64,000 bases of DNA from assembly GCF_018350175.1 (NCBI RefSeq), contig NC_058369.1:18540001-18604000 (forward strand), read 5' to 3'. The notes under the pieces were generated by a model. The model ran no database searches. It was not told the DNA's origin and saw nothing but the letters and a program-made list of their open reading frames with translations. The stretch is from Felis catus (taxonomy: Eukaryota). Positions 38,258 to 49,581 of this stretch are shown here, piece by piece. A program made the position numbers and the translations under genes. The first letter of the stretch is position 1. Each line of letters begins with the position of its first letter.

Positions 38258-39070
38258 GGAGGCACCTGGGGTGGCTCAGTCGGTTAAGCGTCCAAGTTTG
38301 GCTCAGGTCATGATCTTGCGGTTCTTGAGTTCGAGCCCTGCTTCGGGCTCTGTGCAGACATCTCAGAGCCTGGAGCCTGCTTCGGATTCTTTATCTTCCC
38401 TCTGCTCTTCCCCCACTTGCCCTCTGTCTCTCTCTCAAAAATAAATAAGCATTAAAAAAAAAAAAATTAAAGGGACGACTGGGTGGCTCAGTTGGGTGGA
38501 CATCTGACTTCGGCTCGGGTCATGATCTCACAGTTTGTGAGTCTGAGCCCCACATCAGGTTCTGTGCTGATAGCCTGGAGCCTGCTTCGGATTCTGTGTC
38601 TCCCTCTCTCTGCTCCTCCCCCACTTGCTCTCTGTCTCTCTCTGACTCTCAAAAATCAATAAGTTTATTTATTTAAGCAGTCTCTGCACCTAACATGGGC
38701 CTCGAAATTAGTACCCTGAGATCAAGAGCTGCATGCTCTACGGACTGAGCCAGCCAGGTGCCTGGGTTTATACTTTGGCTTTATTTTTTCTAAAGTTTAT
38801 TTTTGAGAGAGAAAGTGCACATGTGCACATGTGAGTGAGTGGGGGAGAGGCAGAGAGTGAGGGGGAGAAAGAGAATCCCAAGCAGGCTACCCACTATCAG
38901 CGTGGAGCCCAGTGTGGGGCTTGAACCCACAAATTGTGAGATCATGACCTGAGCTGAAATCAGGAGTTGAATGCTTAGCTGACTGAACCATCCAGGTGCC
39001 TCTACTTCTGTTTTATTTATTTTTTTTAATTTTAATTTAAATTTTTAAATTTTTTTTTAATGTTTATTAT

Positions 39071-39110
<40 letters not shown>

Positions 39111-39510
39111 TGTGAGCGGAGGAGGGGAAGAGAGAGAGGGAGGCACAGAATCTGAAGCAGGCTTCAGGCTCCGGCTGTCAGCACAGAGCCCGACATGGGG
39201 CATGAACCCATGAACCACGAGATCACGACCTGAGCCGAAGTTGGACACTTAACCATCTGAGCCACCCAGGTGCCCCTCTACTTCTGTTTTAAAAGCAGGC
39301 TCATAGGGGTGCCTGGGTGGCTCAGCTGGTTAAACATCTGACTTGGGTTCAGGTCATGATCTCACAGTTGGTGAGTTCAAGCCCTGTGTTGGGCTCTGTG
39401 CTGACAGCTCAGGGCCTAGAGCCTGCCTCAGATTCTGTGTGTATGTGTCTCTTTCTGCTCCTCCTCGCTCGTGCTCTCTCTCAAAAATAAATTAACATTA
39501 AAAAATAAAA
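38258..39510. mobile_element. Cluster of about six SINECs in both orientations
   Basis: Repeated SINEC heads/tails. Confidence 0.88.
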
Positions 39511-39966
39511 TCAGGCTCATAGTGGGAACAATCAACTGAATATAAAAAAATCACTTTTATGGCTGACTTTGTCCTACACATCATGGGGTACATTTAATAG
39601 CCCTGAGGTTAAAATACCACTGTCTAAATTTTAGATATTGGAATTGTTTATTGTAATTATTTTAATTAAGTGATCTCCATGCACAACACGGGACTCAAAC
39701 TCATGACCTTCAGATCAAGAGTTGCATGCTCTACCGATTGAGCTAGCCAGGTGCCCCTATTGGAATTATTTCTGTCTTTGAAATTGTTTACAGTTTTTGG
39801 TACTGGTTTAATTCTACAGAAAACATTTAGTTTGTCACTCTTTGACAAAGAAAGGTGACTGATTGGTGGGGTGGGCAGGAGACTGAGTGGCATTCCCCAC
39901 TTCCTTTGGTGTAATTCTTTTTTGGTTGTGGGCATTCACCAATATTGGATCCTTCTTTTCCTGCAG

Positions 39967-40025
39967 GGCCTCTGCTCTTCAGGAAGATAAAAGACTTTTA
40001 AAGCAGCCTAGCACTAGAAGGCAAG
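39967..40025 (+). other. DAG1: Candidate alternative 5'UTR cassette exon of DAG1 (59 nt)
   Basis: ccttcttttcctgcag| ... AAG|gtaagg; branch-like ttcac about 30 nt upstream. Confidence 0.6.
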
Positions 40026-41011
40026 GTAAGGTACTTGAAAAGAGATTGCTGCAAAAGAAAGATGATTGGTACTTGCATTCTTGGCAAAATGATTATGGGA
40101 TTTTAAGACACCATAGTGGGGAAAAAGCTGTATCAAGTAATACATATATTTAAAATAAGAAATTTTGAAAATGAAAAGAAAGGAAAAATCCTTTGTCCCC
40201 CAATTTTAGTCTTTCTTTTTTTTTTTTTTTTAAGTTTTATTTAATCTTTGCACCACACGTGGAGCTTGAACCCACAACCCCAAGATCAAGAGTCTCATGC
40301 TCTTCCAACTGAGCCAGCCAGACACCTGTAGTCAGTCTTTATTTTATTTTTAAAAATTTATTATTTTTAAATTAATCTCCACACCCAATCTGGGGCTTGA
40401 ACTCAGAACCTCAGGGTCAGGAGTTGCTTGCTCCACTGACTGAGCCAGCCAGGCACCCACTAGTCTCTCTTTAAATAGGAAATGCCAACCCATGGTACAA
40501 ACTCAGAAAGTTCAAAAGGATTATGCAAGGGAAAGCTTCTACCCATCCCTTTAGTCCCCAGTTCTCCCTAGGAGCAGCCATTATTCCCTGAGACCTGGGT
40601 GTCCTCCAGAGACCTTGGGCAGCACTTTTACGGAGTTTAGGTTAGAGCATAGACTCCATTTTTATCCTGCTTTTTTCTTAGCATTATAGCATGAGCTGTG
40701 TTATAGATATACAACATTTGTAATGGCTAACCTGTTCGTAGTTCTTAGTTGTTTCTTACTTTGATTATAATATGTAATGTTGCTATTAACATTTTTGGGC
40801 ATTAAGCTTTTTTGGAATCTTTTTTTTTTTTTTTTTTTTTTAAGAATTTCATTATTTAAAAAAAAATAATCTCTACACTCAGTGTGGAGCTCAAATTCAA
40901 CCCAAGAGCTGCATGCCCCACTGACTTTAGCTAGTCAAGCACCCCTAGAATCTTTCTTATCACCATATTAAATATAAAGCTTTTGAAAAAAGTGAGACAT
41001 GACTTACAGTT

Positions 41012-41049
41012 TTGTAGGAGCACATCTGTATTGTAGGAGCACATCTGTA
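41012..41049. repeat. Perfect 19-bp tandem duplication
   Basis: ttgtaggagcacatctgta x2. Confidence 0.95.
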
Positions 41050-41533
41050 ATGTCACGTGAGGCTGGTTTGTATTCGTTTTTATTTTTAAGCATGGTGTAT
41101 GTTTTCCCTGGTCCCTTTTCTGTGACTTGTATGGATATGTGATTTTTATAGCCATGCAGAGGCCCAGGCTCAATGTTCTCTGCCATTGGCGTAGGTGTAG
41201 CCACAGATTCAGTCTTCCTGAGGCGGTCCCAGCTCTCAGATACCCTAAGTATAGGGGAGGGTGCCATCAAGGGGAGCTCAAGGACAAGTGAGACACTTGG
41301 AAGGATGTGTCATATTCAGGGAAACAATGACCAGTGCCCAGCTTGACACTTGCTCTTCATTTTTATGGATGTTGAGTTTTTGTATGTGGAGTATGGGGAT
41401 CTACAAACAAGAAGCATCTCTTACAGAGTTATTTCTTTTTTCTTTAATTTATTATTATTAATAACATTTTTAATGTTTATTTATTTTTGAGAGGGAGAGA
41501 GAGAGAGAGAGACAGGACAAGTGGGGGAAGGGC

Positions 41534-41564
<31 letters not shown>

Positions 41565-41956
41565 CGCAGAGTCTGAAGCAGGCTCCAGGCTCAGAACTGT
41601 CAGCATAGAGCCCAACATAGGGCTTGAACCCACAAACCGTGAGATCATCATCTGAGCCAGAGTCGGGTGTTTAACCAATTGAGCCACCCAGGCACCCCGT
41701 ATTATTATTATTTTTTAAGTAAGCCCTACACCTAACGTGGGGCTTGAACTCATGACCTGAGATCAAGGGTCACTTGCTCTACTGATTGAGCCAGTCGGGT
41801 GCCCCCAGAGTTCTTTCTAATAGTTGGTATCTAGGAGCACCTGGGTGGTTCAGTTGATTAAGCACCCAACTCTTGGTATTAGCTCAGGTCGTGATCTCAT
41901 GGTTGTGGGATCAAGCCCCACATTGGGGCTTGGATTTCTTGAATTCCTGCTTGGAA

Positions 41957-41987
<31 letters not shown>

Positions 41988-42514
41988 AAAATAAATAAGT
42001 AAACATTAAAAAAGTAATAATAGTTGGTATCTACTGAAATAGGTTAGTGGACTTGGAGATGTTTGTTTTTGCAAATGATATGGTCGTTTCTATTTTACCT
42101 CTCTCTGTGCTGGGAGCATTTCCCTCCAAGCATCCTAGGGATTGATAAGGGATTACTTAAAATTCCCAAGGCTGTCTATAGCAGAAGTGAACCAGTTCTG
42201 CCTTGGTTGTCATAAATGCCTCTCTTAATTAGCTCAGTTCTCTAGGACTGGGTTGATACTTCAGCCAATTTTTGCCAAGAAAAATTATACAGGGAATAAT
42301 GGAATTCCAAATAGCATTTCCTTTTTATTTGGCTATTAATCAGAACCTGGGACACCGTCCATTTTCTGGGCCCTTATTTTACTATGGAATGCTTCCATAA
42401 AACACGCATCTCTCATCACTATAAATGTCACGTGTATACTCCTGTTTGGGCTGGTAGGTTATCTTTGCATCATAACTGCCCTGACCTCAGGGAGCCTTGC
42501 TTACTGGATTTTTT

Positions 42515-43953
42515 TTTTTTTTTTTTTTAATTTTTTTTTTTTTGTTTTTTTGTTTGTTTTTTTTTTTTTTTTTAATATGAAATTTATTGACAAATTGGTT
42601 TCCATACAACACCCAGTGCTCATCCCAAAGGGTGCCCTCCTCAATACCCATCACCCACCCTCTCCTCCCTCCCACCCCCCATCAACCCTCAGTTTGTTCT
42701 CAGTTTTTAAGAGTCTCTTATGCTTTGGCTCTCTCCCACTCTAACCTGTTTTTTTTTTTCCTTCCCCTCCCCCATGGGTTCCTGTTAATTTCTCAGGGTC
42801 CACATAAGAGTGAAACCATATGGTATCTGTCTTTCTCTGTATGACTTATTTCACTTAGCATCACACTCTCCAGTTCCATCCACGTTGCTACAAAAGGCCA
42901 TATTTCATTTTTTCTCATTGCCACGTAGTACTCCATTGTGTATATAAACCACAATTTCTTTATCCATTCATCAGTTGATGGACATTTAGGCTCTTTCCAT
43001 AATTTGGCTATTGTTGAGAGTGCTGCTATGAACATTGGGGTACAAGTGGCCCTATGCATCAGTACTCCTGTATCCCTTGGATAAATTCCTAGCAGTGCTA
43101 TTGCTGGGTCATAGGGTAGGTTTATTTTTAATTTTCTGAGGAACCTCCACACTGCTTTCCAGAGCGGCTGCACCAATTTGCATTCCCACCAACAGTGCAA
43201 GAGGGTTCCCGTTTCTCCACATCCTCTCCAGCATCTGTAGTCTCCTGATTTGTTCATTTTGGCCACTCTGACTGGCGTGAGGTGATACCTGAGCGTGGTT
43301 TTGATTTGTATTTCCCTGATAAGGAGCGACGCTGAACATCTTTTCATGTGCCTGTTGGCCATCCGGATGTCTTCTTTAGAGAAGTGTCTATTCATGTTTT
43401 CTGCCCATTTCTTCACTGGGTTATTTGTTTTTCGGGTGTGGAGTTTGGTGAGCTCTTTATAGATTTTGGATACTAGCCCTTTGTCCGATATGTCATTTGC
43501 GAATATCTTTTCCCATTCCGTTGGTTGCCTTTTAGTTTTGTTGGTTGTTTCCTTTGCTGTGCAGAAGCTTTTTATCTTCATAAGGTCCCAGTAATTCACT
43601 TTTGCTTTTAATTCCCTTGCCTTTGGGGATGTGTCGAGTAAGAGATTGCTACGGCTGAGGTCAGAGAGGTCTTTTCCTGCTTTCTCCTCTAAGGTTTTGA
43701 TGGTTTCCTGTCTCACATTTAGGTCCTTTATCCATTTTGAGTTTATTTTTGTGAATGGTGTGAGAAAGTGGTCTAGTTTCAACCTTCTGCATGTTGCTGT
43801 CCAGTTCTCCCAGCACCATTTGTTAAAGAGGCTGTCTTTTTTCCATTGGATGTTCTTTCCTGCTTTGTCAAAGATGAGTTGGCCATACGTTTGTGGGTCT
43901 AGTTCTGGGGTTTCTATTCTATTCCATTGGTCTATGTGTCTGTTTTTGTGCCA
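42515..43953 (-). mobile_element. Young 5'-truncated felid LINE-1 with intact ORF2 C-terminus
   Basis: 386 uninterrupted ORF2 codons ([14 protein letters not shown]...[18 protein letters not shown]...), 3'UTR, long A-rich tail, 16-bp TSD gcttactggatttttt at 42499-42514 and 43954-43969. Confidence 0.97.
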
Positions 43954-46421
43954 GCTTACTGGATTTTTTAATAGTGGAGACCAGCCTGATGAGTGGTCCT
44001 TGAGCAGGCGTGGGTTCTGCATCTTGTGGAAAATTAGGAAATGTAGAGAACTTTGCTCTACCTGTTATGTTAAGCATGCCTGAATAAGTGTCTTATATTT
44101 TTAGACTGAGCAGTGTTGGGAAGATTGAATTGCCTGAGTAGAGAAATTTGGTGGGAGGAGACTAGAAGAGAAGCTCTTTATTAAAGATCTAAAAATAGAA
44201 TTCATTAAAGTCTCAAATAGATAACAGTAGGATTCCTGTCTTACTCTCTCCTCTGGATTTGTGCTACCAGCTGTTGCTTCTGCTTACCTGGAAAAGATCA
44301 CAATATTTTGTCAGAAGGGTCAACAGTATAGACTTAAAATACTGTGTTTGCCAGTCTGAAGATGTGCTTTTTCCAGTTTTAAAGTACTTTAAAAAGCGAC
44401 TGGATTCTTTGGCGCCGGGAAGAAATTCTTAGCAGGAAAAGTTGATTCTTTTCCTTGGAATGCCCGCCCTGAGCTGACAGGGCCTGTGGGGTCCCCTCTC
44501 CCCTCAAAGCCTTGAGTTTTTTTCCTTCTGGTTAGGCATTGATGATGAGAGAGGGGACTCTTGTATGAGGCATCTAATTTGCCCATCTAATGCTACCTTA
44601 ATCAGATGGGACCTCAGGTTTCCCTTCTGATTTTTTAAAGAGGGGTTTCTTTTTGAATCAAAAAGGTGGAAAGGAAAATGGCTGCTCATGTGCCTATGGT
44701 GCCCCGGGCTGCCTTTGCCCTTTTCCTCTGTGTGAGGGGGTGAAGGAATATCCTTGTCTCCCCTCTTCTCTCCTGCCATGAGCTTCCAGGGAGAATGGGG
44801 CTCATTGTGGGCTGTGCCTGCAGGCACAGTGTCAGGTCTGCTGTGGCTTCTCTCTGGTCTGCTGTGGTTTCTGGGTGCTGAGGGCCCAGCAAGTAGTCAT
44901 TTCCTCACATGCTGCCCTGCTGTTCAGGACTGTTCTGAGGCATGGTGCATGTGTTTTGTTTGCTCCTAGGTCTGTCCTCTGATTTTGTCACGTCTTGATA
45001 AACATTCTTGTGGACCCTTTTGCAGGCCTGAGCTCACTCTTGCAACAGATTTGAGGCCATATTTGGAGAGGCAGGCCTGCTGCTCCCAAGGGTGGCTTAG
45101 TGCCTGGTCACAAGAGGCTGGGCACTCTCTCCAGGCCTTTCTTATGTTTGGAATCCTCTGGGAAGCATAGGATTAATCTATTTGTGAATGAAATAGGCTT
45201 TAAATTTTTAAAAATTTATTTTAGCCTTCAATTGTATCTCAGTAAGGCTGGAAAAAATTTGTTTTAGCTTTAATCAACTATAGAACTTATTCAAGATGTG
45301 AAATGCTAGAGTATGATTCTCCAGGTAGGGGAAGCCAGAGGGACTCAGCTTTTTAAAAAACAGGTTTGTTTTGGACGTGGATACTCTCTCCTGATACCAA
45401 AGTGCCTTACCCATCAGGCGGTTCTTTTTTATTTTTTTAATGTTTATTTTTTGAAAGAGAGAGACAGAGCATGAGTGGAGGAGGAGCAGAGAGAGAGGGA
45501 AACACAGAGCTTGAAGCAGGCTCCAGGTTCTGAGCTGTCAGCATAGAGCCCAGTGCAGGGCTTGAACTCACAAACCGCGGGATCATGACCTGAGCCGAAG
45601 TCGGGTGCTTAACTGACTGAGCCGCCCAGGTGCCCTCATCAGGCGGTTCTTTTGACCCTAGACCAGTGTGTCCTTGGGGAAAAAAAAGTATGAGGTACTT
45701 CTGTTTTTTGTGAGTGGACAGATAGAGGCTGCTTCTTTTTCAGGGGTGTTAGTTTCAGATGGGGAGCCAGATGTATGGTCAGCTGTTGTGCATTAGCAGG
45801 TTCTGTAAGGATCAGGTGAGTGAGCTGGTGATGGTAGGAGGATGGAAAAGCCCTGGTCAGGCCCTCCTGGAGTTGGCAGAGGGCTTTTCTACATGAAGTC
45901 TGTATGATTGCATGGATGGCTGCTAATTTTGTTCCTTTAAAACCCAGATAGGGAGATTATTCGGAATGGTACTGGAAAGATCATTTGAGTAAAAAAATTC
46001 CATTCTTTCCATGATGCTTCAGTATGTCTGATTTCTTCGTCTTCTGTGGAAGTGTCCTCTGGAAGGAGCAGCTGGCACTGGCACTACCCTGGGTGTTTGC
46101 CTTCCTCCTACCTTTTGTTTTTTTTCTTTTATTAGAGGGGGACAAAATCTAGTCTATTTTATCCTTCTGATTGGGCAGAATGATAGGTTTCTTTTCTCTG
46201 TTTTAGGATTGGGAGTGGCGTTTTGTTTTTATCAAATAAAAGAATAAAACATACTTACCATGCTGAGATCACACTGTCAATACCAGCACTTGTTATAAGA
46301 TGGTATTGAGTTCTAATGGAGAACTCTTCTTTCAGATAGTGCCTGCTCGTACATAGTGTTTTGGGTCATGAGTTCCCAAGAGGTGAGGTCTACCCACTGA
46401 AGGTCCTTGCACTTTGGCAAG

Positions 46422-46461
46422 ACCAGCAAGAGTTTGGCACAACCAGCAAGAGTTTGGCACA
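46422..46461. repeat. Perfect 20-bp tandem duplication
   Basis: accagcaagagtttggcaca x2. Confidence 0.95.
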
Positions 46462-48375
46462 AGTGTGATGAGGTTGGACAAAGAAAACTGAGTATTCTCA
46501 GCAGTAGAAACAGGGGCCTGAGGAAGGAACCTACCAGATGTACTGAGTCCCCTGGGACCCTTGCATCCTAATATGGCTTAAGTAAGGCCCTTGACCTCTC
46601 TGCTTCAGTAAAACTGGGACAGAGTATCCTTCCCATAGGCTGCTGAGAAGGAAATAAAGGTTGACTAGTAATGTTCCCTGTACTGTTCTGTAATGGCTAC
46701 TTGTTAATATTACATTTATCCTTTTCCTTTCCAGTGTAAATTAGGACTCTGATATTTAACAAAGGCTGGTTATGTTTCTTAGGTTGAGTTGCGGGTTCAG
46801 GGGTGTTTTTTTATTATGTTTCACAATTACAAGTGTAATAGGTGATTTTAGATGTAGCTAGCATTTGATAGAATCAAACAAACCTAGATACAAGCCCATT
46901 GGTACCTCCCAGGAAGCAGCTCTACCTTGACTGCTCACTCATCTGTGGGGTTTTGAGTGCTACGGTGTCTTGTTGGGGCGGGTGGTCCTTGGAGGCGTTG
47001 GCCTCTGTCAAGATGAGTAAGAGGATGAAAATGCTTTGAGGACCAAGGTCTCTCTCTGTTAACTAGACAGCCTTGTTTAGATTTTTTTTTAAAGTAACCT
47101 CCACACCCAGTGTGGGGCTCAAACTCATGACCCAAGATCAAGAGTTGCATACTCCACTGGCTGAGCGAGCCAGGCGTCCCAACATTGTTTAGATTTTTAA
47201 GAAGTTTCTTCAGAGGTTGTTTGTGCCCAGGTTTGTTTTCTTGAATCTTACCAGTGAAGTAGGAGCATAGGCTGACAAGGTTGTTGCATGTGAGTTGAGT
47301 GACTGGAAGTGCTTTGTTTCTTTTTCTGTACGCTGTTTATATCTTTTCAAGCTATCAGCAGCAGTGCATGCCTTAGAGTGAAAGCCCTTGGTTTTCAAAG
47401 GACTAGACGTGTACTTATTTTTTCTCCTCATGACCATATGACCTCCTGACTGGGTAACTTATTAAACTTTGGCTTTGCAGCCAACTTGCATTTTAAGAGA
47501 CCAGGAGTGAGTGAGTGAGTGCTCCTGGTTATATGTTGGCAGCAGCAGATTCTATACCTGGAACATGTAATTCAGTAAGCTGTAGGGTTGGAATTCTTTA
47601 GAACAGGAATTTTGAGGTGTTATTATAATTATCATTGTTTTGGTTAATAGGAACAACTTAGTATGGAATGTTTGAACCTTACTCTGTAAAGTCAACATCT
47701 CCCTGGAAACCAGAACTGTTTTGGGCTTCCTTGACTCCTAGAGGGACAAATTGAGTACAAATTCTTTGGGGTGTGATGGGGCGAGGGTACAACCAACAGT
47801 GCCGAACTTCTAAGCAGAGAATAATTTTCCTAAAGGTAAAAATCGGGTTCCAGCCTCCAAGTGATGTAGGTAGGCACTGTGTTTTATGATTCTGTGTTGG
47901 GTGGGAGCTGCCTCTGGGTTCCCAGTGGGGCAGTCTCCACATGATTTCCAGATACTGGAGGCATCTGGTTTCTGACCTTTGTGTTAGAGGCACATGAGGG
48001 TAGAGCTGTAGGCTGTTATCAGATAAGAAAATGACATGATACCACCAGAGGGGAGTTGAAAATAAAGCTCTAAATGCTCACTCTAAATCCTCTGATAGGC
48101 TAGAGGGGAAGCAGAGCCCACAGGGTTGCTCCCAGCCTGGGAGTAGTTCTGGACGGTGCTGAACAGGCAGTCCAGAGAAGGCCACTGTATAGGAGCTGAT
48201 TCTCAATAGAATAGAAGAAACCCCAGTATTGAAGCAAGTCCATTTCTACTGCAGGCACTCCAGACTCCTTGTCATTTTGGAAGGATTACTGACCTTGGCA
48301 GTTTTATTTCACATTTGGGTCTGAGGTGGAGAAACCAGGACACCCAGTAGTGTTCATAGCAATGCCCATGTTCTT

Positions 48376-48603
48376 TTTTTTTTTTTTTTAATTTTTTTTT
48401 CAATGTTTATTTATTTTTGGGACAGAGAGAGACAGAGCATGAACGGGGGAGGGGCAGAGAGAGAGGAAGACACAGAATCGGAAACAGGCTCCAGGCTCTG
48501 AGCCATCAGCCCAGAGCCTGACGCGGGGCTCGAACTCACGGACCGCGAGATCGTGACCTGGCTGAAGTCGGACGCTTAACTGACTGCGCCACCCAGGCGC
48601 CCC
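48376..48603 (-). mobile_element. Very young SINEC_Fc with perfect 18-bp TSD
   Basis: agcaatgcccatgttctt at 48358-48375 and 48604-48621. Confidence 0.95.
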
Positions 48604-49502
48604 AGCAATGCCCATGTTCTTAAGCTGGTCTGCTCATGTAGGTTGTCTGAGGCACAGAAACTACACTCATATGAGATTATGGGTGACTGGAATATTTGTA
48701 TTTTGTGTATATATTTAAAAAAAATTTTTTAAATGTTTATTTATTTATTTTGAGAGAGTGAGAGAGCAGGGGAGGGGCAGAGAGAGAGGGAGAGAGAATC
48801 CCAGTCAAGCTTTGCCCTGTCAGCACAGGGCCCTTTGTGGGGCTCAATCTAACGAACGCTGAGATCGTGACCTGAGCTGAAATCATGAGTTGGACAGTCA
48901 GCCGACTGGGCCACCCAGACGCCCCTGTATATATATATTTTAAAGTGTTTATTCTGTGTCAGGTCCTCATTGTAAGTGTTTTACTTGCATTAGCACACCT
49001 AAGGAATCTATGCTTATAATTAGAAAAAGTTAAAGACAAAAGGAATTTGATTTAGGAAGTGTTTAAGATTAAATACTATTAAGCAGCCTTGTAAGACAGG
49101 CTAGCCTATGGACTGTGGAAAAGACTGTCAGCTGGCATTCAGTGGGCAGGCCCTGTTGGTGCTGGGTTTCAGTTCTTTCATTTGCAGGTGGTTTTTTAGT
49201 TCCTGTCATGTCCTGGGCACTGTGCTAGGCTCTGGGGATGGATCTGGTGATGGGTGAGACAGGTATGGGCCCTGCCCTACTGAGGCAAAAGAGGAAGGAG
49301 AAGTGAAGATTATTTCTTCTCAGTTGGTATTTTTTAGAAGAAAGTGTGTTTTGGAGAGGCTGAAGGTCACACCCCCGAAGTGAGCATAGGCAGTCAGTAT
49401 GCCTCTGATTCATCTTGGGGGGAGGGGGGGGCTAGACCCATCTCAGAGAGTGATATGAGGCATCAGGAAGAGGACTTTGGAGAGCCTGGGAGGCAGTTCT
49501 AG

Positions 49503-49548
<46 letters not shown>

Positions 49549-49581
49549 GGTGGTGGTGGTGGTGGTGGTGGTAGTGGTGAT
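49503..49581. repeat. Compound trinucleotide microsatellite (GAT)n(GGT)n
   Basis: Directly visible. Confidence 0.95.

Noticed and set aside
48041..48056. Possible CTCF motif CCACCAGAGGGGAG
   Set aside because: Lacks the conserved GGC of the core 3' half; not supportable from sequence alone
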